A stretch of DNA of 64,000 nt from Eledone cirrhosa (taxonomy: Eukaryota): the NCBI GenBank assembly GCA_964016885.1, contig OZ024742.1, positions 185,752,001 through 185,816,000 of the forward strand, given 5' to 3'. Below, piece after piece: positions 18,001 through 33,254 of the stretch. The notes beneath the pieces are model-generated. The model worked only from the letters and a program-made list of their open reading frames with translations, had not been told where the DNA came from and made no database searches. Each line of letters begins with the position of its first letter. The first letter of the stretch is position 1. The position numbers and the translations under genes were made by a program.

Positions 18001-21000
18001 ACTAGAACACATTACAGTACTGCTTTTATATCTGAGACAGTGTTGCTGTTATATACACACAGATATACTAGAACACATTACAGTACTGCTTTTATTTCTG
18101 GGACACTGCTGCTGTTACATACACACAGATATACTAGAACACATTACAGTACTGCTTACATATCTGGGACACGGTTGCTGTTACATACAGAAATATACTA
18201 GAACACATTACAGTACTGCTTACATATCTGGGACACGGTTGCTGTTACATACAGAAATATACTAGAACACATTACAGTACTGCTTACATATCTGGGACAC
18301 TGTTGCTGTTACATACACAGATATACTAGAACACATTACAGTACTGCTTTTATATCTGGGACACTGCTGCTGTTACATACACACAGATATACTAGAACAC
18401 ATTACAGTACTGCTGTTATATCTGGGACACTGTTGCTGTTACATACACAGATATACTAGAACACATTACAGTACTGCTTACATATCTGGGACACGGTTGC
18501 TGTTACATACAGAAATATACTAGAACACATTACAGTACTGCTTTTATATCTGGGACACTGTTGCTGTTACATACACACAGATATACTATAACACATTACA
18601 GTACTGCTTACATATCTGGGACAGTGTTGCTGTTACATACACAGATATACTAGAACACATTACAGTACTGCTTACATATCTGGGACACTGTTGCTGTTAC
18701 ATACACAGATATACTAGAACACATTACAGTACTGCTTACATATCTGGGACACTGTTGCGGTTACATACACAGATATACTAGAACACATTACAGTACTGCT
18801 TTTATATCTGGGACAATGTTGCTGTTACATACGCAGATATACTAGTACACATTACAGTACTGCTTTTATATCTGGGACACTGTTGCTGTTACATACACAC
18901 AGATATACTAGAACACATTACAGTACTGCTTACATATCTGGGACAATGTTGCTGTTACATACACAGATATACTAGAACACATTACAGTACTGCTTACATA
19001 TCTGGGACAGTGTTGCTGTTACATACACACAGATATACTAGAACACATTACAGTACTGCTTACATATCTGGGACACTGTTGCTGTTACATACACACAGAT
19101 ATATTAGAACACATTACAGTACTGCTTACATATCTGGGACAGTGTTGCTGTTACATACACAGATATACTAGAACACATTACAGTACTGCTTTTATATCTG
19201 GGACACTGTTGCTGTTACATACACACAGATATACTAGAACACATTACAGTACTGCTTACATATCTGTGACACTGTTGCTGTTACATACACAGATATACTA
19301 GAACACATTACAGTACTGTTTACATATCTGGGACACTGTTGCTGTTACACACACAGATATACTAGAACACATTACAGTACTGCTTTTATATCTGGGACAC
19401 TGTTGCTGTTAGACACACAGATATACTAGAACACATTACAGTACTGCTTTTATATCTGGGACACTGTTTCTGTTACACACACACAGATATACTAGAACAC
19501 ATTACAGTACTGCTTTTATATCTGTGACACTGTTGCTGTTACATACACACAGATATACTAGAACACGTTACAGTACTGCTTACATATCTGGTACACTGTT
19601 GCTGTTACACACACACAGATATACTAGAACACATTACAGTACTGCTTTTATATCTGAGACAGTGTTGCTGTTATATACACACAGATATACTAGAACACAT
19701 TACAGTACTGCTTTTATTTCTGGGACAGTGTTGCTGTTACACACACAGATATACTAGAACACATTACAGTACTGCTTTTATATCTGGGACACTGCTGCTG
19801 TTACATACACACAGATATACTAGAACACATTACAGTACTGCTTTTATATCTGGGACACTGTTGCTGTTACATACACAGATATACTAGAACACATTACAGT
19901 ACTGCTTACATATCTGGGACACGGTTGCTGTTACATACAGAAATATACTAGAACACATTACAGTACTGCTTACATATCTGGGACACTGTTGCTGTTACAT
20001 ACACAGATATACTAGAACACATTACAGTACTGCTTTTATATCTGGGACAATGTTGCTGTTACATACACAGATATACTAGAACACATTACAGTACTGCTTG
20101 CATATCTGGGACAGTGTTGCTGTTACATACACAGATATACTAGAACACATTACAGTACTGCTTTTATATCTGGGACACTGTTGCTGTTACATACACACAG
20201 ATATACAAGAACACATTACAGTACTGCTTACATATCTGGGACACTGTTGCTGTTACACACACTCTGATATACTAGAACACATTACAGTACTGCTTTTATA
20301 TCTGGGACACTGTTGCTGTTACATACACACAGATATACTAGAACACATTACAGTACTGCTTACATATCTGTGACACTGTTGCTGTTACATACACAGATAT
20401 ACTAGAACACATTACAATACTGCTTACATATGTGGGACACTGTTGCTGTTACACACACACAGATATACTAGAACACATTACAGTACTGCTTACATATCTG
20501 GGACACTGTTGCTGTTACACACACAGATATACTAGAACACATTACAGTACTGCTTTTATATCTGAGACACTGTTGCTGTTACATACACAGATATACTAGA
20601 ACACAATACAGTACTTCTTACATATCTGGGACACTGTTGCTGTTACACACACAGATATACTAGAACACATTACAGTACTGCTTACATATCTGGGACAATG
20701 TTGCTGTTACATACACAGATATACTAGAACACATTACAGTACTGCTTACATATCTGGGTCACTGTTGCTGTTACATACACACAGATATACTAGAACACAT
20801 TACAGTACTGCTTACATATCTGGGACAGTGTTGCTGTTACATACACAGATATACTAGAACACATTACAGTACTGCTTACATATCTGGGACACTGTTGCTG
20901 TTACATACACACAGATATACTAGAACACGTTACAGTACTGCTTACATATCTGGGACACTGTTGCTGTTACATACACAGATATACTAGAACACATTACAGT

Positions 21001-24000
21001 ACTGCTTACATATCTGGGACAGTGTTGCTGTTACATACACAGATATACTAGAACACATTACAGTACTGCTTACATATCTGGGACACTGTTGCTGTTACAT
21101 ACACAGATATACTAGAACACATTACAGTACTGCTTTTATATCTGGGACACTGTTGCTGTTACATACACAGATATACTAGAACACATTACAGTACTGCTTT
21201 TATATCTGGGACACTGTTGCTGTTACATACACACAGATATACTAGAACACATTACAGTACTGCTTTTATATCTGGGACACAGTTGCTGTTACATACACAC
21301 AGATATACTAGAACACATTACAGTACTGCTTACATATCTGGGACACTGTTGCTGTTACACACACACAGATATACTAGAACACATTACAGTACTGCTTTTA
21401 TATCTGGGACACTGTTGCTGTTAGACACACAGATATACTAGAACACATTACAGTAATGCTTTTATATCTGGGACACTGTTTCTGTTGCACACACACAGAT
21501 ATACTAGAACACATTACAGTACTGCTTTTATATCTGGGACACTGTTGCTGTTACATACACACAGATATACTAGAACACGTTACGGTACTGCTTACATATC
21601 TGGGACACTGTTGCTGTTACACACACACAGATATACTAGAACACATTACAGTACTGCTTTTATATCTGAGACAGTGTTGCTGTTACATACACACAGATAT
21701 ACTAGAACACATTACAGTACTGCTTTTATATCTGGGACACTGTTGCTGTTACATACACAGATATACTAGAACACATTACAGTACTGCTTTTATTTCTGGG
21801 ACAGTGTTGCTGTTACACACACAGATATACTAGAACACATTACAGTACTGCTTTTAAATCTGGGACACTGCTGCTGTTACATACACACAGATATACTATA
21901 ACACATTACAATACTGCTGTTATATCTGGGACACTGTTGCTGTTACATACACAGATATACTAGAACACATTACAGTACTGCTTACATATCTAGGACATGG
22001 TTGCTGTTACATACAGAAATATACTAGAACACATTACAGTACTGCTTTTATATCTGGGACACTGTTGCTGTTACATACACACAGATATACTATAACACAT
22101 TACAGTACTGCTTACATATCTGGGACAGTGTTGCTGTTACATACACAGATATACTAGAACACATTACAGTACTGCTTACATATCTGGGACACTGTTGCTG
22201 TTACATACACAGATATACTAGAACACATTACAGTACTGCTTACATATCTGGGACACTGTTGCGGTTACATACACAGATATACTAGAACACATTACAGTAC
22301 TGCTTTTATATCTGGGGCACTGTTGCTGTTACATACACACAGATATACTAGAACACATTACAGTACTGCTTACATATCTGGGACACTGTTGCTGTTACAC
22401 ACACACTGATATACTAGAACACATTACAGTACTGCTTTTATATCTGGGACACTGTTGCTGTTACATACACACAGATATACTAGAACACATTACAGTACTG
22501 CTTACATATCTGGGACAATGTTGCTGTTACATACACAGATATACTAGAACACATTACAGTACTGCTTACATATCTGGGACAGTGTTGCTGTTACATACAC
22601 ACAGATATACTAGAACACATTACAGTACTGCTTACATATCTGGGACACTGTTGCTGTTACATACACACAGATATACTAGAACACATTACAGTACTGCTTA
22701 CATATCTGGGACAGTGTTGCTGTTACATACACAGATATACTAGAACACATTACAGTACTGCTTTTATATCTGGGACACTGTTGCTGTTACATACACACAG
22801 ATATACTAGAACACATTACAGTACTGCTTACATATCTGGGACACTGTTGCTGTTACACACACACTGATATACTAGAACACATTACAGTACTGCTTTTATA
22901 TCTGGGACACTGTTGCTGTTACATACACACAGATATACTAGAACACATTACAGTACTGCTTACATATCTGTGACACTGTTGCTGTTACATACACAGATAT
23001 ACTAGAACACATTACAGTAATGTTTACATATCTGGGACACTGTTGCTGTTACACACACAGATATACTAGAACACATTACAGTACTGCTTTTATATCTGGG
23101 ACACTGTTGCTGTTAGACACACAGATATACTAGAACACATTACAGTACTGCTTTTATATCTGGGACACTGTTTCTGTTACACACACACAGATATACTAGA
23201 ACACATTACAGTACTGCTTTTATATCTGGGACACTGTTGCTGTTACATACACACAGATATACTAGAACACGTTACAGTACTGCTTACATATCTGGGACAC
23301 TGTTGCTGTTACACACACACAGATATACTAGAACACATTACAGTACTGCTTTTATATCTGAGACAGTGTTGCTGTTATATACACACAGATATACTAGAAC
23401 ACATTACAGTACTGCTTTTATTTCTGGGACAGTGTTGCTGTTACACACACAGATATACTAGAACACATTACAGTACTGCTTTTATATCTGGGACACTGCT
23501 GCTGTTACATACACACAGATATACTAGAACACATTACAGTACTGCTTACATATCTGGGACACGGTTGCTGTTACATACAGAAATATACTAGAACACATTA
23601 CAGTACTGCTTACATATCTGGGACACAGTTGCTGTTACATACACAGATATACTAGAACACATTACAGTACTGCTTTTATATCGGGGACAATGTTGCTGTT
23701 ACATACACAGATACACTAGAACACATTACAGTACTGCTTACATATCTGGGACAGTGTTGCTGTTACATACACAGATATACTAGAACACATTACAGTACTG
23801 CTTTTATATCTGGGACACTGTTGCTGTTACATACACAGATATACTAGAAGACATTACAGTACTGCTTTTATATCTGGGACACTGTTGCTGTTACATACAC
23901 ACAGATATACTAGAACACATTACAGTACTGCTTTTATATCTGGGACACTGTTGCTGTTACATACACAGATATACTAGAAGACATTACAGTACTGCTTTTA

Positions 24001-27000
24001 TATCTGGGACACTGTTGCTGTTACATACACACAGATATACTAGAACACATTACAGTACTGCTTTTATATCTGGGACACTGTTGCTGTTACATACACACAG
24101 ATATACTAGAACACGTTACAGTACTGCTTACATATCTGGGACACTGTTGCTGTTACATACACACAGATATACTAGAACACATTACAGTACTGCTTTTATA
24201 TCTGAGACAGTGTTGCTGTTACATACACACAGATATACTAGAACACATTACAGTACTGCTTTTATATCTGGGACGCTGTTGCTGTTACATACACAGATAT
24301 ACTAGAACACATTACAGTACTGCTTTTATTTCTGGGACAGTGTTGCTGTTACACACACAGATATACTAGAACACATTACAGTACTGCTTTTATATCTGGG
24401 ACACTGCTGCTGTTACATACACACAGATATACTAGAACACATTACAGTACTGCTTACATATCTGGGACACGGTTGCTGTTACATACAGAAATATACTAGA
24501 ACACATTACAGTACTGCTTTTATATCTGGGACACTGTTGCTGTTACATACACACAGATATACTATAACACATTACAGTACTGCTTACATATCTGGGACAG
24601 TGTTGCTGTTACATACACAGATATACTAGAACACATTACAGTACTGCTTACATATCTGGGACACTGTTGCTGTTACATACACAGATATACTAGAACACAT
24701 TACAGTACTGCTTACATATCTGGGACACTGTTGCGGTTACATACACAGATATACTAGAACACATTACAGTACTGCTTTTATATCTGGGACAATGTTGCTG
24801 TTACATACGCAGATATACTAGTACACATTACAGTACTGCTTTTATATCTGGGACACTGTTGCTGTTACATACACACAGATATACTAGAACACATTACAGT
24901 ACTGCTTACATATCTGGGACAATGTTGCTGTTACATACACAGATATACTAGAACACATTACAGTACTGCTTACATATCTGGGACAGTGTTGCTGTTACAT
25001 ACACACAGATATACTAGAACACATTACAGTACTGCTTACATATCTGGGACAGTGTTGCTGTTACATACACAGATATACTAGAACACATTACAGTACTGCT
25101 TTTATATCTGGGACACTGTTGCTGTTACATACACACAGATATACTAGAACACATTACAGTACTGCTTACATATCTGTGACACTGTTGCTGTTACATACAC
25201 AGATATACTAGAACACATTACAGTACTGTTTACATATCTGGGACACTGTTGCTGTTACACACACAGATATACTAGAACACATTACAGTACTGCTTTTATA
25301 TCTGGGACACTGTTGCTGTTAGACACACAGATATACTAGAACACATTACAGTACTGCTTTTATATCTGGGACACTGTTTCTGTTACACACACACAGATAT
25401 ACTAGAACACATTACAGTACTGCTTTTATATCTGTGACACTGTTGCTGTTACATACACACAGATATACTAGAACACGTTACAGTACTGCTTACATATCTG
25501 GTACACTGTTGCTGTTACACACACACAGATATACTAGAACACATTACAGTACTGCTTTTATATCTGAGACAGTGTTGCTGTTATATACACACAGATATAC
25601 TAGAACACATTACAGTACTGCTTTTATTTCTGGGACAGTGTTGCTGTTACACACACAGATATACTAGAACACATTACAGTACTGCTTTTATATCTGGGAC
25701 ACTGCTGCTGTTACATACACACAGATATACTAGAACACATTACAGTACTGCTTTTATATCTGGGACACTGTTGCTGTTACATACACAGATATACTAGAAC
25801 ACATTACAGTACTGCTTACATATCTGGGACACGGTTGCTGTTACATACAGAAATATACTAGAACACATTACAGTACTGCTTACATATCTGGGACACTGTT
25901 GCTGTTACATACACAGATATACTAGAACACATTACAGTACTGCTTTTATATCTGGGACAATGTTGCTGTTACATACACAGATATACTAGAACACATTACA
26001 GTACTGCTTGCATATCTGGGACACTGTTGCTGTTACATACACAGATATACTAGAACACATTACAGTACTGCTTTTATATCTGGGACACTGTTGCTGTTAC
26101 ATACACACAGATATACAAGAACACATTACAGTACTGCTTACATATCTGGGACACTGTTGCTGTTACACACACTCTGATATACTAGAACACATTACAGTAC
26201 TGCTTTTATATCTGGGACACTGTTGCTGTTACATACACACAGATATACTAGAACACATTACAGTACTGCTTACATATCTGTGACACTGTTGCTGTTACAT
26301 ACACAGATATACTAGAACACATTACAATACTGCTTACATATGTGGGACACTGTTGCTGTTACACACACACAGATATACTAGAACACATTACAGTACTGCT
26401 TACATATCTGGGACACTGTTGCTGTTACACACACAGATATACTAGAACACATTACAGTACTGCTTTTATATCTGAGACACTGTTGCTGTTACATACACAG
26501 ATATACTAGAACACAATACAGTACTTCTTACATATGTGGGACACTGTTGCTGTTACACACACAGATATACTAGAACACATTACAGTACTGCTTTTATATC
26601 TGAGACACTGTTGCTGTTACATACACAGATATACTAGAACAGATTACAGTACTGCTTTTATATCTGAGACAGTTTTGCTGTTACACACACACAGATATAC
26701 TAGAACACATTACAGTACTGCTTACATATCTGAGACAGTGTTGCTGTTACATACACAGATATACTAGAACACGTTACAGTACTGCTTACATATCTGGGAC
26801 ACTTGCTGTTACATACACACAGATATACTAGAACACATTACAGTACTGCTATTATATCTGGGACACTGTTGCTGTTACACACACAGATATACTAGAACAC
26901 ATTACAGTACTGCTTTTATATCTGAGACACTGTTGCTGTTACATACACAGATATACTAGAACACATTACAGTACTGCTTTTATATCTGAGACACTGTTGC

Positions 27001-29657
27001 TGTTACACACACAGATATACTAGAACACATTACAGTACTGCTTTTATATCTGGGACAGTGTTGCTGTTACATACACACAGATATACTAGAACACATTACA
27101 GTACTGCTTTTATATCTGGGACACTGTTGCTGTTACATACACACAGATATACTAGAACACATTACAGTACTGCTATTATATCTGAGACTGTGTTGCTGTT
27201 ACACACACACAGATATACTAGAACACATTACAGTACTGCTTACATATCTGAGACAGTGTTGCTGTTACATACACAGATATACTAGAACACATTACAGTAC
27301 TGCTTACTTATCTGGGACACTTGCTGTTACATACACACAGATATGCTAGAACACATTACAGTACTGCTATTATATCTGAGACACTGTTGCTGTTACACAC
27401 ACAGATATAGTAGAACACGTTACAGTACTGCTTTTACATCTGGGACACTGCTGTTACATACACAGATATACTAGAACACATTAAAGTACTGCTTACATAT
27501 CTGGGACACGGTTGCTGTTACATACAGAAATATACTAGAACACATTACAGTACTGCTTACATATCTGGGACACTGTTGCTGTTACATACACAGATATACT
27601 AGAACACATTACAGTACTGCTTTTATATCTGGGACAATGTTGCTGTTACATACACAGATATACTAGAACACATTACAGTACTGCTTACATATCAGGGACA
27701 GTGTTGCTGTTACATACACAGATATACTAGAACACATTACAGTACTGCTTTTATATCTGGGCCACTGTTGCTGTTACATACACACAGATATACAAGAACA
27801 CATTACAGTACTGCTTACATATCTCGGACACTGTTGCTATTACACACACACTGATATACTAGAACACATTACAGTACTGCTTTTATATCTGGGACACTGT
27901 TGCTGTAATATACACAGATATACTAGAACACATTACAGTACTGCTTACATATCTGTGACACTGTTGCTGTTACATACACAGATATACTAGAACACATTAC
28001 AGTACTGCTTACATATCAGGGACACTGTTGCTGTTACACACACATAGATATACTAGAACACATTACAGTACTGCTTACATATCTGGGACACTGTTGCTGT
28101 TACACACACAGATATACTAGAACACATTACAGTACTGCTTTTATATCTGAGACACTGTTGCTGTTACATACACAGATATACTAGAACACATTACAGTACT
28201 GCTTACATATCTGGGACACTGTTGCTGTTACACACACAGATATACTAGAACACATTACAGTACTGCTTTTATATCTGAGACACTGTTGCTGTTACATACA
28301 CAGATATACTAGAACACATTACAGTACTGCTTTTATATCTGAGACAGTGTTGCTGTTACACACACACAGATATACTAGAACACATTACAGTACTGCTTAC
28401 ATATCTGAGACAGTGTTGCTGTTACATACACAGATATACTAGAACACGTTACAGTACTGCTTACATATCTGGGACACTTGCTGTTACATACACACAGATA
28501 TACTAGAACACATTACAGTACTGCTATTATATCTGGGACACTGTTGCTGTTACACACACAGATATACTAGAACACATTACAGTACTGCTTTTATATCTGA
28601 GACACTGTTGCTGTTACATACACAGATATACTAGAACACATTACAGTACTGCTTTTATATCTGAGACACTGTTGCTGTTACACACACAGATATACTAGAA
28701 CACATTACAGCACTGCTTTTATATCTGGGACAGTGTTGCTGTTACATACACACAGATATACTAGAACACATTACAGTACTGCTTTTATATCTGGGACACT
28801 GTTGCTGTTACATACACACAGATATACTAGAACACATTACAGTACTGCTATTATATCTGAGACAGTGTTGCTGTTACACACACACAGATATACTAGAACA
28901 CATTACAGTACTGCTTACATATCTGAGACAGTGTTGCTGTTACATACACAGATATACTAGAACACATTACAGTAATGCTTACATATCTGGGACACTTGCT
29001 GTTACATACACACAGATATACTAGAACACATTACAGTACTGCTTTTATATCTGAGACACTGTTGCTGTTACATACACAGATATACTAGAACACATTACAC
29101 TACTGCTTTTATATCTGGGACAGTGTTGCTGTTACATACACAGATATACTAGAACACATTACAGTACTGCTTTTATATCTGGGACAGTGTTGCTGTTACA
29201 TACACAGATATACTAGAACACATTACAGTACTGCTTTTATATCTGAGACACTGTTGCTGTTACACACACAGATATACTAGAACACATTACAGTACTGCTT
29301 TTATATCTGGGACAGTGTTGCTGTTACATACACACAGATATACTAGAACACATTACAGTACTGCTTTTATATCTGGGACAGTGTTGCTGTTATATACAGA
29401 GATATACTAGAACACATTACAGTACTGCTTTTATATCTGGGACAGTGTTGCTGTTACACACACAGATATACTAGAACACATTACAGTACTGCTTTTATAT
29501 CTGAGACACTGTTGCTGTTACACACACAGATATACTAGAACACATTACAGTACTGCTTTTATATCTGGGACAGTGTTGCTGTTACACACACAGATATACT
29601 AGAACACATTACAGTACTGCTTTTATATCTGGGACAGTGTTGCTGTTATATACACAA
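1..29657. repeat. 64/66-bp tandem satellite array (about 455 monomers), open at the window start
   Basis: Consensus TAGAACACATTACAGTACTGCTT(TT/AC)ATATCTGGGACACTGTTGCTGTTACATACA(CA)CAGATATAC repeats without interruption until an abrupt end at about 29657. Confidence 0.98.
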
Positions 29658-29695
29658 ACTAAAAATGTATTATATATAAATGAATATGTATTGCC

Positions 29696-29853
29696 AGGTG
29701 GTGTTATTACAGCAAAGTTCCGTCCCTTTACGATCTGAGTTCAAATCCCGCCGAGGTTGACTTTGCCTTTCATCCTTACGGGGTCGATAAAATAAAGTAT
29801 CAGTAATGCACTGGGTAATTGCTGGCCTTGTGCCTAAAGTAGAAACAATTATT
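29696..29853 (+). mobile_element. tRNA-derived SINE, family A
   Basis: B-box-like GAGTTCAAATCC, then GCCTTTCATCCTTACGGGGTCGATAAAATAAAGTA and tail GGCCTTGTGCCTAAAGTAGAAACAATTATT; recurs many times in the window. Confidence 0.8.
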
Positions 29854-29902
29854 ACGTTAGAAATGGCCTGGGCGAACTGCTCGAAACCTATCAAAGTTAA
29901 TA

Positions 29903-30012
29903 ATGTGTGTGTGTATGCGGACTCGACACACATCGGAGGCGGGTGGTATATATATATATATATATACCACCCGCCTCCGATGCGTGTCGAGGCCGCATAC
30001 GCACACACACAT
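29903..30012. repeat. Near-perfect palindrome centred on (TA)10
   Basis: GTATGCGGACTCGACACACATCGGAGGCGGGTGG-(TA)n-CCACCCGCCTCCGATGCGTGTCGAGGCCGCATAC. Confidence 0.9.
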
Positions 30013-30029
30013 ATATACGCACACACACA

Positions 30030-30375
<346 letters not shown>

Positions 30376-30517
30376 GCTCCTTCTACCTGTATTTGTCACC
30401 GATAGATAGCATTAGCAATTGGAAAGACTAACGGAAACATTGTTTCCGATTTGACGAAAGTCGATCGACTCCTATGCATGTATATTGTATGTATGTATGT
30501 ATCAATATATATATATT

Positions 30518-30782
30518 TATTTATAAGATGTAGGAAGCTCAGACGCAGAAAATAACTGCAATATCAATCTGTTGCTACGAAATAGCTTATAAAAATCGGA
30601 TAAAAACCCCTCGAAACGGAAAATTGTTGCTACCTGTTGGGTCTGTACCTGATTTTTATTAGCTTTTTTTTAGCAGCTGACGGTAATTGTAGTTATTTTC
30701 TGCATCTGAGCTTCCTACATCTTATAAATTTATTTCCTTTGTTCATTGTAAGTTCGACAATTCCAGTTTCTCACACGACGTT
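30518..30782. mobile_element. Foldback element between TA tracts (inverted arms plus about 55-nt tail)
   Basis: ATTTATAAGATGTAGGAAGCTCAGACGCAGAAAATAACTGCAAT is mirrored at about 30686-30730; no ribozyme core found. Confidence 0.65.
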
Positions 30783-30861
30783 ATATATATATATATATCA
30801 GAATCGATGCAATAAAAAGCAGAGTACTCAGGAGCTCAGACGTCGAGGTCCCGAAGTTTTC

Positions 30862-30907
<46 letters not shown>

Positions 30908-30911
<4 letters not shown>

Positions 30912-31240
30912 AAAACGAAAAATCTGGACTTAGTTTATTTCGTGTTACAAATGTTTCGCCGGCATGTAGCTCGAGTCATAGTCCTTGTATGGATCTGGCT
31001 GATTCTACTTCTGCGGGTTCTTTCAGACACGGGTGTTATGTCCGGAGCAAATTTTATCCATACAAGGACCATGACTCGAGCTACATGCCGGCGAAACATT
31101 TGTAACACGAAATAAACTAAGTCCAGATGCATCACTGATTTTTCGTTTTCTTTATAATATCTACACTCTACTCTGATGAATATCGAGTGCTAATTTTGGC
31201 ATACCGCCTACGGAAGCACCATAGCTACCACTATACACAA
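30908..31240. mobile_element. PLE pLTR-like foldback element in (TA)n
   Basis: Arms 30908-30995 and 31057-31155 are near-perfect reverse complements; about 85-nt extra tail on the right; TA tracts on both sides. Confidence 0.8.
30941..31031 (-). ncRNA. Type I hammerhead-like ribozyme with extended stem II
   Basis: Minus strand: CGTGT-CTGAAAGA-(ACCCGCAGAAGTAG...CTACATGCCGGC)-GAAAC-ATTT-GTA-ACACG; perfect 5-bp stem I, one extra A in the core. Confidence 0.6.
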
Positions 31241-31245
31241 ATATA

Positions 31246-31284
<39 letters not shown>

Positions 31285-31296
31285 TTATTATTTGGT

Positions 31297-31566
31297 TATT
31301 TATTTATGTTCATACATGGAACAAAAGACTACCCAAGACTTCAAGGCCCAAATTTGAGCATATCTCCAATATAAGAAACATCGACTTTGTGACTTTTCTT
31401 CGGACGTTTATACGAGTTTATAAGATACCGTTAAAAGTGTAAAACGGGCTGAAAATGCGTGTTTGCGAAAAAAACATATTTTAACGTATTATGGAGGTAT
31501 GGCCAAATTTGGGCCTTGAGATCTTGGGTACCGCTTTTGTTCCGCGTTTGAACATAAATAAATAAT
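31297..31566. mobile_element. Degenerate MITE-like element with imperfect inverted repeats
   Basis: GGAACAAAAGACTACCCAAGACTTCAAGGCCCAAATTTG versus CAAATTTGGGCCTTGAGATCTTGGGTACCGCTTTTGTTCC. Confidence 0.6.
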
Positions 31567-32396
31567 ATAATATTTCTGCTCTTTTTCCGATTGAACACTG
31601 TTTTCCTTTTTCCTTTTCACACCTATGGATATTGCTACATATATATATACATATATACATATATTTATATATGTATGTGTGTGTATGCATACGTGACTGT
31701 GTGTGTGTGCGTGTGTACGTGTACGCGTGTGGGGGGGGGGTGTACGTGCATGTGTACTTGTGTGTGTGTACGTGTAGGTGCGTGTATGTGTATGTAAATC
31801 AAAATGTGATTCTTCCTTTGAATTGTGTTGTTTCTAAAAGTAAAAGTTTATTTTTCAATATTTTCAGTTCTCTCGAAACTTTCGTTATATATCGAAAAGA
31901 TGTGTGATAAGAAGATTCAGCGAGTGGTGTCTAGCGATATCCACGCAGTCACAGCGAAATACCCAGAATACAGGTATACACCTGGTTGCGACTCAACCTT
32001 CGTCATACCAATCTTACGAATGTTACCAGTCAGACTATCAGATAAGCTTATTCATAATACATCGGAACAACCTATTGGAGTTGCTAAAAGCATTTAAACA
32101 CAATGACGCAAACATTATTTTCAACCCTTTATTAACCAGATTTCTAATAAATTTACAAATTATTCAAGAATTTGAGCGGATTTAATAACATTGCTAACTT
32201 TTCCATTTGGTGTTTGAAACATTACTTACGAAAACTTCTTACATAAAATTATGATGGAAGGTTTTTTTTTAGATAAATAACACTTTAGAACAAACAGCTT
32301 TGTATCATAAAACCAGAGCCGATTTCAGAGAGCTTGTTATCAAAAGAAGTGTCAGTTTTCATTTTATTGTAAATCTTTTTAATCGTCTTGCATCAA

Positions 32397-32470
32397 CGGG
32401 GTCGATAAAATAAAGTACTAGTAATGTAGTGAGTAATTGGTGGCCTTGTGCCAAAAAGTAGAAACAATTA
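32397..32470 (+). mobile_element. SINE family A, 3' fragment
   Basis: CGGGGTCGATAAAATAAAGTAC...GGCCTTGTGCCAAAAAGTAGAAACAATTA. Confidence 0.75.
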
Positions 32471-32715
32471 TATTTTTACAACAGTTTTCGTTTAACCATT
32501 TTTATAAATAAAGTTCAAAGCTATCTGTACGTCATGTGACTTATTTCTATAATCGATGAATTAAGTATATGTAAATAATTAAGATGGGGAGGACCGCAAA
32601 TGAATATGAATTGACATACAGATCATTATGTGTTATGTTGGGTTGTATATGGTAGACATCGATAGTTTCCGACGAGGAGTGATCCAAAAAACCACAGACC
32701 CTCCATCTCAACTCA

Positions 32716-32753
32716 CCTTTTGAAAAGCAGAAGAACTGCGAAACCGGTAAAGG
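32716..32753 (+). ncRNA. Minimal type I hammerhead, U3-A8 core variant
   Basis: CCTT-TTGAAAA-GCAG-AAGAA-CTGC-GAAAC-CG-GTA-AAGG: stems I and II pair, palindromic ACCGGT stem III, GUA cleavage triplet. Confidence 0.7.
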
Positions 32754-33206
32754 AACCAAATAAATATATATATTTTTTAAAAAAAATAAGACTTCAGTTG
32801 CATTTTCGATTTCATCCCTTTTTCTTTATATATATATATATATATATTCCATATAAAGCGTGAAACTAATAAAACTTTTGTACCTCTCTTTTGTGTTTCC
32901 TTGGACTGGATTTTTTTACCTTAAGTTGCCGCACATCGCTCGGTTTGTTGTTTTTTTCGCTGTTTTCTCTTTTCTTCCCTTTTCCCTTCTATTTCCCTCC
33001 CTCCTCCGTTTTCCCAATAACTTACCCAGTTATTGAACGCTCTGGAGGTACATATCTTGTCTTTAGAGCGTTGAAATATCCGAGACCACCAGTAGACAAC
33101 TAATGAGGGAAAGTCACCCCCCACCCCCACCCCGTTCTTGCTTTCTTCTTATTCTCATACCATTTTAAGCTACCTTAAATGGCAACTACACACCCAATCC
33201 TATTCT

Positions 33207-33249
<43 letters not shown>

Positions 33250-33254
<5 letters not shown>

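Noticed and set aside
627-28960. Repetitive His/Thr/Cys-rich ORFs that could suggest zinc fingers
   Set aside because: They are translations of the satellite; the 64/66-bp alternation shifts frame constantly and there is no C2H2 spacing.
1-29657. CRISPR-like array
   Set aside because: No unique spacers and no cas genes; contiguous near-identical monomers in eukaryotic DNA.
31174-31215. Isolated CTGATGA (also at about 55289) and CTGAAAA..GCGAAA at about 31449
   Set aside because: No properly placed GAAA or closing stems.
32120-32352. Possible piggyBac-like MITE (AACCCTTT...TCAAAAG)
   Set aside because: TIRs and TTAA sites are too degenerate to support.
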